A DNA stretch of 64,000 nucleotides from Vulcanimicrobiota bacterium (GCA_963777315.1 CAVZQC010000001.1:192001-256000); one strand, 5' to 3'; positions 10,408 to 20,742 are shown, numbered from the stretch's first letter. The notes: generated from the letters alone by a model not told the origin. Program-made: numbers and translations.

Positions 10408-11859
10408 ATGAACTTCGACGCCTCAGCCGCACGCGCGCTCGATACGGCCACGCAGCGCGGCGCGCACTACGCCGACATCCGTTTCGAAAACGATCGCACC
10501 CAGCGCATCGAGGTTCGCAACGGCGTCGTCGCGGCGCTCTCGGACTCGACCAGCAGCGGGTACGGCATTCGAGCGCTCGTCGACGGCGCCTGGGGATTCG
10601 CCGCGAGTTCGGATTGCACCGACGCCGGCATCGACCGCACCGCAGCCCTTGCCGTGCAGATCGCACGGGCCGGCGCAAGCGTTTCTCGCGGGCCTTTCGG
10701 CCAAGCCCCTTCGCAAGCGTATCGGGACGCGTTTCGAACGCCGATCGTCGACGATCCGCATGACGTTCCGCTCGGCAAACGCGTCGCGCTCTTGCTGGAT
10801 GCCGAAAAAGCGTTGCACGTATCTCCCAGCATCAGCGCCGGACGTGCGTGGATAGATCTGTGGACTACGGACAAATGCTTTTACAGCACCATCGGCTCTC
10901 GAATCGAGCAATCCTTGATGCAAACCGGCAGCGCAATCGAAGCGATGGCCGTCGGAGACGGCGACGTGCAAATCCGTACGTTCCCCGGCGACATCGGCTT
11001 GTACGCTTGCGGCGGCTGGGAAGTGGTCGAACGGGCGCAGCTGCAAGAAAACGCGCAGCGCATCGCAGAACAGGCTCACGCGCTGCTGACTGCGCCGCAG
11101 TGCCCGAGCGGAACGTTCGACATCGTCTTAGGCGGTTCGCAGGTTTCGCTGCAAATTCACGAGTCGTGCGGCCATCCCGCCGAACTCGATCGCGTCATGG
11201 GATGGGAAGCGAACTTTTCGGGCGTGAGTTTTTTGGACGTCGCTCAATTGGATCGGCTCAAATACGGTTCCGATCTCGTGACGATCGTGATCGACAACAC
11301 GCTGCCGCAAGGTCTAGCCACCGTCGGCTACGACGACGAAGGCAGCAAGAGCGTCGTCTCGGACGTGATTCGCAACGGCGTCCTGGTCGGCTACGAGACG
11401 AGCAACGACACCGCCCGCAGCATCGGACGGTCCAGCAACGCTTGCGTGCGCGCGCAGGACTGGCAATCGATTCCGATGATCCGCATGTGCAACTTGAACC
11501 TGCTGCCGGGAACGACGCCCTTCGAACATCTTTTCGACGACGTCGACGACGGCATCTACATGGAGAGCAACCGTTCGTGGTCCATCGACGACCACCGGCT
11601 AAACTTCCAGTTCGGCTGCGAAATCGCTTGGGAGATCAAACGGGGAAAGCGCGGCAGAATGCTCAAGAACCCGACGTACGCGGGCATCACCCCGCAGTTT
11701 TGGAATTCGTGTGATGCCGTCGGCGACGAACGATCCTGGACGGCATGGGGTACGCCCAACTGCGGCAAGGGCGAGCCGATGCAGACCGGCCGAACTGCTC
11801 AGTGCGCAGCGCCGGCCCGCTTTCGCGGCATTCGAGTGGGCGTTGCCTACGATGGATAG
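10408..11859 (+). CDS. tldD: TldD/PmbA-family metalloprotease, catalytic TldD-type subunit
   Basis: HESCGH (HExxxH), YDDEG and CGKG motifs. Confidence 0.9.
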   Translation: MNFDASAARALDTATQRGAHYADIRFENDRTQRIEVRNGVVAALSDSTSSGYGIRALVDGAWGFAASSDCTDAGIDRTAALAVQIARAGASVSRGPFGQAPSQAYRDAFRTPIVDDPHDVPLGKRVALLLDAEKALHVSPSISAGRAWIDLWTTDKCFYSTIGSRIEQSLMQTGSAIEAMAVGDGDVQIRTFPGDIGLYACGGWEVVERAQLQENAQRIAEQAHALLTAPQCPSGTFDIVLGGSQVSLQIHESCGHPAELDRVMGWEANFSGVSFLDVAQLDRLKYGSDLVTIVIDNTLPQGLATVGYDDEGSKSVVSDVIRNGVLVGYETSNDTARSIGRSSNACVRAQDWQSIPMIRMCNLNLLPGTTPFEHLFDDVDDGIYMESNRSWSIDDHRLNFQFGCEIAWEIKRGKRGRMLKNPTYAGITPQFWNSCDAVGDERSWTAWGTPNCGKGEPMQTGRTAQCAAPARFRGIRVGVAYDG

Positions 11860-13183
11860 CGCGCCGCGCGAGCGGCTGGCGCAGCGCGTTTTGGCGCTTT
11901 CTCCGGTCGATCAAACCGAAGTCACCGTATACGGCCACAATAGCGGTCTTACGCGGTTCGCTCGCGGCATCGTTCCTCAAAACGTCGCAACCGAGGACGT
12001 GACGGTAAAGGTGCGCGCCGTCGCCGGCGGACGAACCGGCGTGGCTGCTTCGAACGCGCGCGACGATGCCGATGTAGGCGAGGTCGTGCAGCGCGCGGTT
12101 GCGATGGCACGGCTAGCGCCCGTCGATCCCAATCAGCCGCAATTGCCCGCGGGCGCTCCGACGCAAACGCCCGCGAGAGCATACGCCGCTTCGACCGCGC
12201 AGGCGACGCCTGCGCTACGCGCGGAGTTGTGCGATGCGATCCTGGGAACTGCCCAGGCTGCGGATTACTGGTGCGCCGGCTTTGCGAGCACGAGCTGCAG
12301 CGGCGTGACGATCGTCAACTCGAGCGGCGCGGCTGCATCGTTCGACGGCACCGACGCGGCGGTCAACGTCAAGATGAGCGCCGCCGATTCGACCGGTTAC
12401 GCGGAGCACTACAGCAACGACGTAGATGACGTCGATGCAAAAAGTGCGGGCGAGATTGCGGCGGCCAAAGCGCGTGGTTCGGCCAATCCGCGCGCCGTTC
12501 AGCCCGGCGAATGGACCGTCATTCTCGAACCGGCGGCCTTCGGCGAGCTGCTCGCGTATCTGACCGATCATTTTTCGGCGCGAACCTTCGACGAAGGCTC
12601 CTCGTTCTTGAGCGATGGACTCGACCGCCGGTACTTCGGCGAAAACGTCACGATAACGGACGACTACGCGCATCCGCTGCTGCAGGGCATGCCGTTCGAC
12701 TATGAAGGCCAGCCCACGCAGCGCTTACCGCTGATTCGCGGCGGCGTAGCGGTCAACGTGGTCACCGACAGCTACTGGGCGCACAAATTGGGGCGCCCCA
12801 ACACGGGCCACGCACTGCCCTCCCCCAACGCGCGCGGTCCCGCGCCCTTGCACGTAGCCGTTTCGCCCGGAACCAAATCGATCGACGAACTCATCGGCCA
12901 AACCGCCCGCGGTCTACTGATAACGCGCTTTTGGTACATCCGCCCGGTCGATCGAAAACGGGTCATCGTCACCGGCATGACGCGCGACGGCACCTTTTCG
13001 ATCGAGAACGGCGAGATCAGCGGGGGCGTGCGCAATATGCGTTTCAACCAGAGCATCCTTGAAACGCTGCGCCGCTGCGAACTGAGCAATACGCTCAAAC
13101 GAACCGGCAGCTACGCCTATTCGCTGGCCGTTCCCGCCGCCAAGGTCGAGGGCTTCAGGTTTTCGAGCGGTACGGAATTCTGA
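11852..13183 (+). CDS. TldD/PmbA-family protein, non-catalytic TldE/PmbA-type partner
   Basis: PFDYEG, TGHA and GMTRDG motifs; no HExxxH; overlaps tldD. Confidence 0.85.
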   Translation: MDSAPRERLAQRVLALSPVDQTEVTVYGHNSGLTRFARGIVPQNVATEDVTVKVRAVAGGRTGVAASNARDDADVGEVVQRAVAMARLAPVDPNQPQLPAGAPTQTPARAYAASTAQATPALRAELCDAILGTAQAADYWCAGFASTSCSGVTIVNSSGAAASFDGTDAAVNVKMSAADSTGYAEHYSNDVDDVDAKSAGEIAAAKARGSANPRAVQPGEWTVILEPAAFGELLAYLTDHFSARTFDEGSSFLSDGLDRRYFGENVTITDDYAHPLLQGMPFDYEGQPTQRLPLIRGGVAVNVVTDSYWAHKLGRPNTGHALPSPNARGPAPLHVAVSPGTKSIDELIGQTARGLLITRFWYIRPVDRKRVIVTGMTRDGTFSIENGEISGGVRNMRFNQSILETLRRCELSNTLKRTGSYAYSLAVPAAKVEGFRFSSGTEF

Positions 13184-14039
13184 CCAGAGCACCGGCCGCA
13201 AGCGCAAGCAGACCGGCCGCGAACACCGGCAAATACGGAGCCGATGCAACGACCACGGCGGGATAGGTGCCCACCGTTCCGCGCAGCAGCAGATCGCCGA
13301 TCCGTTTTTGCTGCCCGGAAGCGGCAAGCGCAATGCCTCCGCGCACGATGCGATCGTTCGCATCGGAAACCGCAAACAGCACCGCGGGCTTGCCGACGAT
13401 CGGCGGATCGGCGCGCAGCTGCTCGGCCTGTTGCGAACTGAAGAGGACGGCCTTGACGCTGCGCCCGCTCGCCGGCACGGAAAAAGTGTCGAAGCGCACG
13501 TCCATGCCCGCGATCGTCGTCGATTGCTGCATCAGCAGCACCGGCGAAAGAAACGACGCGTTCGTGGGCTGCGTTACGGTGAGATGGTTGCCGGCCGAGT
13601 CCGCTGCGTCGACGTACACGACCTTGCGCGGGACGCGCCACAGCACGAAACTGCCCGTATAGCGCCTGCCGCCTGCAATCGACACCGCGCCGCGTCCACT
13701 CTGCAGTTCGATCGGCGCGTTCGATTGCGCGAGAGGAAACACCAGTGAGCCGTTGACGTCGTCGTTGTGAACGCGCGCGCCCGGAGCGCCGACGACCGTC
13801 TGCGTGTCCGGCCCCATCAAACCGCTCGCAACGCCGGCAAACACTACCGCGGCGCAGCCGAATGCCGCTACGATCGACGCGCTCGTGGCGCGTTTGCGAA
13901 CACCGGCGACTGCGACGACGAAGAGACCGGCGTCGATCGCGTTGTACCATCCGTAATGGTACACCGCTTGACCGGGATACACGACTTGCGCTGCCACCAT
14001 CGCGACGGCGCATCCCGCGAACAGCCAAAAACCGGTCAC
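13155..14039 (-). CDS. Membrane protein, possibly ResB-like cytochrome c biogenesis protein
   Basis: Three N-terminal TM segments with VYHYGWY, a soluble domain and a C-terminal TM; coupled to a TlpA/ResA gene. Confidence 0.45.
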   Translation of the reverse strand: MTGFWLFAGCAVAMVAAQVVYPGQAVYHYGWYNAIDAGLFVVAVAGVRKRATSASIVAAFGCAAVVFAGVASGLMGPDTQTVVGAPGARVHNDDVNGSLVFPLAQSNAPIELQSGRGAVSIAGGRRYTGSFVLWRVPRKVVYVDAADSAGNHLTVTQPTNASFLSPVLLMQQSTTIAGMDVRFDTFSVPASGRSVKAVLFSSQQAEQLRADPPIVGKPAVLFAVSDANDRIVRGGIALAASGQQKRIGDLLLRGTVGTYPAVVVASAPYLPVFAAGLLALAAGALVRIPYRSKT

Positions 14040-14572
14040 GTATGCTTGCCGAGCAACGGCGTTATTGCTTCGACCATTTGGTCGAAGGATATTTGACCGT
14101 CGAACCCGCGCGCCACGATGCCGGCCGGATCGACGACGATCGTCGTGGGCAGCCCGAGCGCAGTGTACACCCGCCCGTACTGCTGGCGTTCGTCGAGCAG
14201 AATCGGATAATGGATGCCCAACGCGCGCGCAAACGCCGATACCTGCTTTGCCGACTCCCCTTGATCGACGCCGAGCACGACGACGTTGCGCGATTGGTAC
14301 CGGCTATACAGCCGCTGCAGTTCCGGCATTTCCGCGCGGCACGGCGGGCACCACGACGCCCAAAGATTCATGACGACGATGCGTCCGCGATAGGCTTGCA
14401 GACCGGACGTACCGCCCGACAAAGAGGCGGTTTCAAAACTCGGCGCGGGGCGTCCCACCAATGCCGTCGGGCCGGTCGTCTGCGCGTTGCCGCCGCGAAA
14501 ATACACCCCTAGAACGATCGCCGCAATCGCCGCTCCGGCAAGCCAGTACATCCATTGCGCGCGCCCTTTCAC
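14036..14572 (-). CDS. TlpA/ResA-family thiol-disulfide oxidoreductase
   Basis: NLWASWCPPCRAEMP and GLPTT motifs; N-terminal TM. Confidence 0.92.
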   Translation of the reverse strand: MKGRAQWMYWLAGAAIAAIVLGVYFRGGNAQTTGPTALVGRPAPSFETASLSGGTSGLQAYRGRIVVMNLWASWCPPCRAEMPELQRLYSRYQSRNVVVLGVDQGESAKQVSAFARALGIHYPILLDERQQYGRVYTALGLPTTIVVDPAGIVARGFDGQISFDQMVEAITPLLGKHT

Positions 14573-14841
14573 CAGTCTCCCATTCGGTCCGGATCGACCT
14601 CGCCCTCGAACGCCACCATTCCCGGCGGCATGACGGCCGCGCTCACGCGCACGCCGTCAAAGCGCAGCAGGCGTCTGTGGCATTCGTCGGGTCGTTCGAA
14701 AATTTCGCAAAAGCGCTCGAGGGCGTCGGGACTGCACAGCACGTGATTGGGGCGCACTTGGTACATCTGCTGGAAGCTGCGGAACGCGCGCTCGAATTCG
14801 ATCGGACCGTAGTGCCGCCCCAGACTCACTTCACGACGCAC
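14569..14841 (-). CDS. Small hypothetical protein (about 90 aa)
   Basis: GTG 14841 gives MRREVSLGRHYGPIEF...DRMGDW; stop overlaps the TlpA start (GTGA); fills the gap before folD. Confidence 0.6.
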   Translation of the reverse strand: MRREVSLGRHYGPIEFERAFRSFQQMYQVRPNHVLCSPDALERFCEIFERPDECHRRLLRFDGVRVSAAVMPPGMVAFEGEVDPDRMGDW

Positions 14842-14883
14842 GCGTTCCAGGGGACGCTCCTCTCGCAGACGAATGCGCGTGCC

Positions 14884-15738
14884 GTGCCCGCACGCATTTT
14901 GGACGGCCGCGCGGTCGCTACCGAACTGCGCGCCGAATTGCTCGTCAGAAGCAACGAGCTTCGCGAACGGGGAGTTCATCCCCGGCTCGTCATCACGCTG
15001 GTAGGTGAGGACGAGTCTTCGCTTGCGTACGTCCGCAATCTCACCAAGAGCGGCGAACGCGCCGGCATCGCGATCCACGTCGACGAATTGCCCGAATCCT
15101 CCAGCGCCCGCACCGTTCGCGAGCGCTTGGAACGCTTGGGCAACGATGCCGGCGTGCACGGCGTCATGCTGCAGCAGCCTCTGCCGGCACACCTTTCGAT
15201 ACGAACGCTCGCGGATTCCATTCCGCTGCACAAAGACGTCGACGGCAGCCATCCTACCAATCAAGGGCACCTGGCGTTCGGAAGCGGCGCAGAGTTCGTC
15301 CCGGCGACTCCCGCGGCGGTGATGCTGCTGCTCGAACGCAGCCCGCATTGGCCGCTCGCCGGCCGCCGAGCCGTGATGATCGGCCGTTCGATCGTCGTGG
15401 GCGCCCCGGTTGCCATGCTGATGCTTTCGCAGGACGCAACGGTGACGGTTCTGCACAAAGAATCGATCGATTTGCAGCCGTACGTGCGTATGGCGGAGAT
15501 CGTCGTCGTTGCAACCGGCGTACCGGGATTGATCGGAGGCGCGGACATCGCGCCCGGCGCCACCATCATCGACGTCGGAACGACGGTCGTCGACGGAGAG
15601 CTCAAAGGCGACGTCGATTTCGACAGTACGCTGGCCGTTGCAGGCGCCGTCACGCCGGTTCCGGGGGGCGTCGGACCGGTAACGAACGTCGCGCTGCTGC
15701 GCAACGTCATAAAAGCGGCTCGCCTTAGTTTGCGCTGA
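14884..15738 (+). CDS. folD: Bifunctional methylenetetrahydrofolate dehydrogenase/cyclohydrolase
   Basis: KDVDG, GRSIVVG, IDVG and TPVPGGVGP motifs. Confidence 0.95.
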   Translation: MPARILDGRAVATELRAELLVRSNELRERGVHPRLVITLVGEDESSLAYVRNLTKSGERAGIAIHVDELPESSSARTVRERLERLGNDAGVHGVMLQQPLPAHLSIRTLADSIPLHKDVDGSHPTNQGHLAFGSGAEFVPATPAAVMLLLERSPHWPLAGRRAVMIGRSIVVGAPVAMLMLSQDATVTVLHKESIDLQPYVRMAEIVVVATGVPGLIGGADIAPGATIIDVGTTVVDGELKGDVDFDSTLAVAGAVTPVPGGVGPVTNVALLRNVIKAARLSLR

Positions 15739-16435
15739 AATACTTGCCGAAGTAACGCTCTTGCCGGCTGCGCCGGTTTTGCTCGTTCCTGCGATCGCCT
15801 GCGGCCCCGAGCTCGGCCCTACGCTCGAGCAGCTTGCGCACCTGCGGCAACAGCTGCTGCAGGAGATCGTGTTCGAGCATCAGCCTGCGCCGCGTACTCG
15901 CCGCGGCGAGCAGCTGCTGCTTGACGGCGTCCGCGATTTGCAAGGCGTCGGCAACGATGAAGGACAGGCGGCTTGGATCCTGCGGTAAATCAATTTCCGG
16001 CTTCTCACCGCTGAACTCCACGATCGCATCGCGGTATTCGCAAAATATGCCGCGCACGCGCTCGCGCAATCGCGCAAGCTCTTCGCCGGCTGCATCGTTC
16101 TCCGGAAGAATATCCGCTTCGACGGTCAAATAGGGTTCGCGGCTCAGGATGCGCCGGATGCGAAACCGTTCGCGTCCGATCGTGGAAACGTAATACCGTC
16201 CGAACGGCAGAGGCTTTGCCTCGCGGATTTGCGCGGTCGTTCCCACGTCGTGCGGCTCGACGGCAAAATCGCCCGTTTCGCTGCCTTGGCGAATGAGCGC
16301 GACGCCGAAGCATTCGCCGGACTCCAAACATTCGCCGATCAAGCGTTTGTACCGCGATTCGAAAACGTGCAGATTGAGCACCGTGCCGGGGAAGAGCACC
16401 GCGTTGAGCGCAAACAGCCGCAGACGCCGCAGCAT
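15725..16435 (-). CDS. LON peptidase substrate-binding domain protein
   Basis: LFALNAVLFPG...LHVFESRY; GRERFRI. Confidence 0.88.
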   Translation of the reverse strand: MLRRLRLFALNAVLFPGTVLNLHVFESRYKRLIGECLESGECFGVALIRQGSETGDFAVEPHDVGTTAQIREAKPLPFGRYYVSTIGRERFRIRRILSREPYLTVEADILPENDAAGEELARLRERVRGIFCEYRDAIVEFSGEKPEIDLPQDPSRLSFIVADALQIADAVKQQLLAAASTRRRLMLEHDLLQQLLPQVRKLLERRAELGAAGDRRNEQNRRSRQERYFGKYFSAN

Positions 16436-16537
16436 GAATTCGTTGGCTTCCGCCGCCAACGCAAACGCGCCTGCCCGCGGCGGCGCGGGCTTTCGCGTAT
16501 CAAGGATTCGCCGGACCGTACACAAAGATGACCACGA

Positions 16538-17122
16538 ATGCACGAGGCGTTCGGCTACCTTCGGGCGGCGCATCCCGATCCGCACCCGCTTCTGCTCGAA
16601 CTCGAGCAGTACGGCCGTAAGGAAGAAGTCAGCGCCGTTCCGCGCGAAGTGGGGCGGCTGCTCTCCACGCTCGTGCACGGCATGCAGGCCAACCGCATTC
16701 TGGAGATCGGCACGGCGTACGGCTACGCAACGCTATGGATGGCGCTGGCACAGCCGCCGCTGGGCAAAATCTGGACGTTCGATCCCGATATCGAACGCAC
16801 GCAGGTTGCGGTTTCGTACTTCAAACGCGCGGGAGAGGACGATTTCATCGAAGTCGTCAACCAGCCCGCGCTGCAAGTGCTGCCGGTGTTTCCACAGCGC
16901 AACATGGACGTCGTGTTCGTCGACGCGCCCGCGGCGGATTACGAAGCGTACCTAGAGCACTGCTTGCCGCTGCTCAAACTTTCCGGACTGGCCATCTTCA
17001 ACAACGTGCTGGCGGCGCAATCGGCACGCCCGTTCAACCGCGCGTTTTTGCATCACCCGGACCTGGACGCAACGATCATCCCGCTCGGGGGAGGCCTGGG
17101 CATCGGCGCGCGCAAGCGGTGA
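16538..17122 (+). CDS. O-methyltransferase
   Basis: ILEIGTAYGYA and VFVDA motifs. Confidence 0.88.
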   Translation: MHEAFGYLRAAHPDPHPLLLELEQYGRKEEVSAVPREVGRLLSTLVHGMQANRILEIGTAYGYATLWMALAQPPLGKIWTFDPDIERTQVAVSYFKRAGEDDFIEVVNQPALQVLPVFPQRNMDVVFVDAPAADYEAYLEHCLPLLKLSGLAIFNNVLAAQSARPFNRAFLHHPDLDATIIPLGGGLGIGARKR

Positions 17123-17616
17123 ACGTGCCTTCACCGCCCAGCGCCCAAGCGTTCAAAGCGGCCATGCGCCGATTTCCCACGGGCGTTACAGTCGTTACGA
17201 GCGTGCGCGAAGGCGAGCCGCGCGGCGTAACGGTCAGTTCCTTTGCCAGCGTCTCGGTCGATCCGCCGCTGGTGCTGATCTGCATCAATCTCCAAGCGCG
17301 CAGTTATTTGTACATCTCCACCTCGCGAATTTTCTGCGTGAACGTTTTGAGCGGGCGCCAGCGCGCGCTTGCCGAGCGGTTTTCGGGTAAACTGCGCGAG
17401 AATCAGTTCGAACACGTGCAGTACGGCGTCGACGTCACCGGAGCGCCGGTGATCGACGGCTGCGTTTCACACCTGGACTGTGAAGTGGCGCAAGAACACC
17501 ACGCGGGCTCGCACAGCATTTTTATCGGGCGCGTGCTCTCGTGCCGCTCGCGTGCAGGATCGCCGCTGGGATACTACAACGGAGACTTTCACGATTTCGG
17601 GATACGGATAGAATAA
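17119..17616 (+). CDS. Flavin reductase family protein
   Basis: FPTGVTVVT, SVSVDPPLV and GSHSIFIGRV motifs. Confidence 0.92.
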   Translation: MNVPSPPSAQAFKAAMRRFPTGVTVVTSVREGEPRGVTVSSFASVSVDPPLVLICINLQARSYLYISTSRIFCVNVLSGRQRALAERFSGKLRENQFEHVQYGVDVTGAPVIDGCVSHLDCEVAQEHHAGSHSIFIGRVLSCRSRAGSPLGYYNGDFHDFGIRIE

Positions 17617-17621
17617 TCCGC

Positions 17622-18365
17622 GTGCGCATTCTGGCTCTCAACGTGAAAGCCGGCGGCACGAGCGCGAAAATTGATGCGCTGCTCGAACGCGTGCTCGGAC
17701 ATCGGGCCGACGTCCACGTGTTCGGCGAGTTCCGCGATTCGGCCACCGGCGCGCGTATCCGCGAAACGCTCGCCCGGGCGGATATTCCGCACCACGCGTA
17801 TTCGCCCGGGCATCGCACCAACGGGGTGCTCGTGGCGGCGCGCGAGCCGTTCACGCCGGTGCGCAACCCGTGCGGATTGCCCGAAGACTCCTACCCTAAC
17901 GCGATGATCGAATGTATATTTCCCGGCGTGCACATTATCGGCGTGTACTTGCCCGGGCAGGATCGCAAACGCCCCCATCTCGAGTGCTTGATTCGCTTGG
18001 CGCGGTCCATGGACGAGCACAACGTCGCTGCGACCGTCGTGGGCGATTTCAATTCCGGACGCAATGAAACCGACATCGAAGCCAACGTCGGCAAACGCCG
18101 GTTGGCCGACGAGTTCAGCACCGCCGGCCTCTACGGCCTACTGGAGCGGCAATGGCGCGAGGCATGGCTGTACGAACATCCCGATGCGTTAGAGTTTTCG
18201 TGGTATCCTCGAATGGGGCCGCCGCAACGCAAGAACGGCTGGCGTCTGGACAAAGCGTTCGTATCTCGAGCTTTGCTTGCCGGACTGCGCGGCGCATTTT
18301 ACGATCACTCGTTCCGGTTGGACGCGCTCACCGATCACTCCGCGCTGATCGTAGACTTCGGTTAG
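17622..18365 (+). CDS. Endonuclease/exonuclease/phosphatase (ExoIII-like)
   Basis: LNV, GDFN, WRLD and TDHS motifs. Confidence 0.85.
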   Translation: MRILALNVKAGGTSAKIDALLERVLGHRADVHVFGEFRDSATGARIRETLARADIPHHAYSPGHRTNGVLVAAREPFTPVRNPCGLPEDSYPNAMIECIFPGVHIIGVYLPGQDRKRPHLECLIRLARSMDEHNVAATVVGDFNSGRNETDIEANVGKRRLADEFSTAGLYGLLERQWREAWLYEHPDALEFSWYPRMGPPQRKNGWRLDKAFVSRALLAGLRGAFYDHSFRLDALTDHSALIVDFG

Positions 18366-18369
18366 GCCG

Positions 18370-18897
18370 CTAACGAGGCAAATACGGAAGAGGATCGACC
18401 GGCGTGTCTCCCACGCGAACTTCGAAATGCAGATGCGGACCCGTGGAACGCCCAGTCGAGCCAACCGCGCCGATAGGCTGTCCCTGCGCGACGGTTTCAC
18501 CGACTCGCGCGTAGATCTGCGAGCAGTGCGCGTAGCGCGTCGTCACGCCGCTGCCGTCGTCAATCACGATGAGGTTGCCGTAACCGCCGTCCGGTCCGGC
18601 AGATACGACGCGCCCGGGCGCCGCCGCCGAGATCGGGGTGCCGGCGTCGGCCGCGATGTCCAGGCCCGGGTGAAAGTCGTTTCCGGCTCCCAGCGGATTT
18701 TTGCGCATCCCAAAGCCGGAGGTTATGTCGCCGGAGAGCGGCCATTGCATTGCGGTTTGCGAGCGCGCGGGCGGGAACACCGAATTGACCAGCGACGCAA
18801 AGGCGCCGCCGGCGGCTGGAGCTGCCATGGGCGCGATGCCGCCCGAAATCTGCGCGATCCGCTGCTGCACCGCTGCCAGGTCCATCTGGATATCCAC
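18370..18897 (-). CDS. M23 metallopeptidase
   Basis: HPGLD, YAH and STGPHLHFEV motifs. Confidence 0.92.
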   Translation of the reverse strand: MDIQMDLAAVQQRIAQISGGIAPMAAPAAGGAFASLVNSVFPPARSQTAMQWPLSGDITSGFGMRKNPLGAGNDFHPGLDIAADAGTPISAAAPGRVVSAGPDGGYGNLIVIDDGSGVTTRYAHCSQIYARVGETVAQGQPIGAVGSTGRSTGPHLHFEVRVGDTPVDPLPYLPR

Positions 18898-18967
18898 GTT
18901 TTGCTTATCGGCAAGCGGCGCGGCGCGCCACAGGGTCGCAGGCGCGCAGCGCAGTAACGAGCGCCGC

Positions 18968-19606
18968 GTGACGATCGAAACCTTTGCAGTCGGCCCGTTG
19001 GGATGCAACTGCACCATTCTGGCCGACCGGCGCACGGGTGAGGCGATCGTCGTCGACGGCGGCGATGGGGTCGACGAAGTGGTGCGCAGGCTCGCCGCGC
19101 GCGGGTTGCGGGCCCGTTATCTCGTGCACACCCACGCGCACATCGATCACATCGGCGATCTCGGTTCGCTCCGCGAAAAAACCGGCGGCCGCGGATTGCT
19201 TCATCCGGCCGATCTTCCGCTGTACCGAACGCTGGCTGTGCAGGCATCGTGGCTGGGACTGCGCCGCGCACCCGAAATAGTGGAACTCGACGGCGAGTTG
19301 CGCGACGGCGACGCGATTTGCGCGGGCGAGATGAGCCTGGAAGTACTGCACACGCCGGGGCATACGCCGGGCAGCGTGTGTTTTGCGCTGCGCAGCGAAG
19401 ACGCCGTTACGATTTTTTCCGGAGACACGCTCTTTGCCGGGTCGATCGGGCGCTGGGATTTGGGCGGTACGTCGATGGAAGACATCGTGAACAGCATTCA
19501 CGCAAAGCTGCTTGATTTCGCGGACGCAACCGCCGTCATACCGGGCCACGGACCTTTTACGACGATCGGCACGGAACGGGCGTCGAATCCGTACCTGCAA
19601 CGTTGA
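18968..19606 (+). CDS. MBL-fold metallo-hydrolase (glyoxalase II-like)
   Basis: THAHIDH, TPGHTPG, GDTLF and PGHG motifs. Confidence 0.92.
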   Translation: MTIETFAVGPLGCNCTILADRRTGEAIVVDGGDGVDEVVRRLAARGLRARYLVHTHAHIDHIGDLGSLREKTGGRGLLHPADLPLYRTLAVQASWLGLRRAPEIVELDGELRDGDAICAGEMSLEVLHTPGHTPGSVCFALRSEDAVTIFSGDTLFAGSIGRWDLGGTSMEDIVNSIHAKLLDFADATAVIPGHGPFTTIGTERASNPYLQR

Positions 19607-20160
19607 TGCCCAATCGCCCCAAGCTGTTCGCGGGAATCGAACTCGACGCGGGCACGCGCGCGCAGTGCGCGGCGGTGGCAGCGCGGCTGCAGGCGCAGGG
19701 CGTGCCCGCGCGCTTCGAAGCGCCCGAGAAATTGCACTTCACGCTGGCGTTTTTGGGATGGGTGCAGCCCGAGCGCGTGGAGCCGATCCGCAACGCGCTG
19801 CGATCGCTGGCGGCTCGAACGCCGGTCTTTGGTTTGGTGCTGAATACGCTGGGAGCATTCCCCAACGAACGCAATCCACGCGTGGTTTGGATCGGCGCGC
19901 GCGAGCAAGGCGCCGCGTTTACCGCCCTAGCCGCAAACGTCCGCAGCGAATACGGCGCGCTCGGATTTCGCTTCGACAAGCACGCAGTGGCACACGTCAC
20001 CATCGCGCGCATCAAAGAGCCTCGCGTTCACCTGCCGATGCTCGACGTTTGCCCGATACCGCTCGCGGTGAGGGAGCTTACGCTGTTCGAATCGGTGCCG
20101 GATTCGCGCACGACCCGGTACGAAATCCGGGACCGTACGGCCTGCAGATTGCCGGACTGA
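19606..20160 (+). CDS. thpR: RNA 2',3'-cyclic phosphodiesterase (2H family)
   Basis: HFTLAFLG and HVTIAR 2H motifs. Confidence 0.88.
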   Translation: MPNRPKLFAGIELDAGTRAQCAAVAARLQAQGVPARFEAPEKLHFTLAFLGWVQPERVEPIRNALRSLAARTPVFGLVLNTLGAFPNERNPRVVWIGAREQGAAFTALAANVRSEYGALGFRFDKHAVAHVTIARIKEPRVHLPMLDVCPIPLAVRELTLFESVPDSRTTRYEIRDRTACRLPD

Positions 20161-20205
20161 GCAGCTGCGCGCAAGAATGCCCCGGCGGGCTTGCGGATCG
20201 GGAAA

Positions 20206-20703
20206 CTAATGCAGCTTGATCAGCATCTTCCCGTCGTCGCTATGCGGCGGAGGCGGCGTCGGAAGCGTTTCGGCCACCGGCGCAACGCGGCGCTCCAACG
20301 GCGGCATCGCGCCGTAGTCGGGAATCGCCCCGGACGCGATTTTGCCCTTGTAGTCGTCGATGGCGACGTGCAGCGCTTCGATCGCGCGCTGCGGGTAGTC
20401 TTTTTTCTTTTCGGGATAACCGCCGAGCGCGCTTTCGATGTCGCCCGTGGAAATCGCAAGCGCCTGGTCGACCGTTTTGCCCTTGGCCAAATCGACCATC
20501 AAACTGCACGTTGCCGTTCCGAAACCGCATCCGGTGGTGAAATACGAAATGTCCTCGATGACGGCGCCCGGTCCGATTTTTAGGAAGAAATTATACATGT
20601 CGCCGCAGGAGTCGCTGAAATACTCACCGCTGGCCGTCGGCTCGTCCATCGTGCGAAAGCCGCTACGTTCTTCCACCAATCGCTGGAATTTCGGAAAGTC
20701 CAT
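20206..20703 (-). CDS. IscU/NifU-N-like Fe-S scaffold protein (atypical)
   Basis: SCGD and TGCG motifs; GKTVDQAL; third Cys absent. Confidence 0.8.
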   Translation of the reverse strand: MDFPKFQRLVEERSGFRTMDEPTASGEYFSDSCGDMYNFFLKIGPGAVIEDISYFTTGCGFGTATCSLMVDLAKGKTVDQALAISTGDIESALGGYPEKKKDYPQRAIEALHVAIDDYKGKIASGAIPDYGAMPPLERRVAPVAETLPTPPPPHSDDGKMLIKLH

Positions 20704-20742
20704 TCTTACAGGCGCTCCAATCTGAAGTTTGATGCGGCGATG

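Noticed and set aside
10408..13183. TldD/E as the processing protease of the repeat peptide
   Set aside because: About 30 kb away, cytoplasmic and widespread; there is no sequence evidence of a link.
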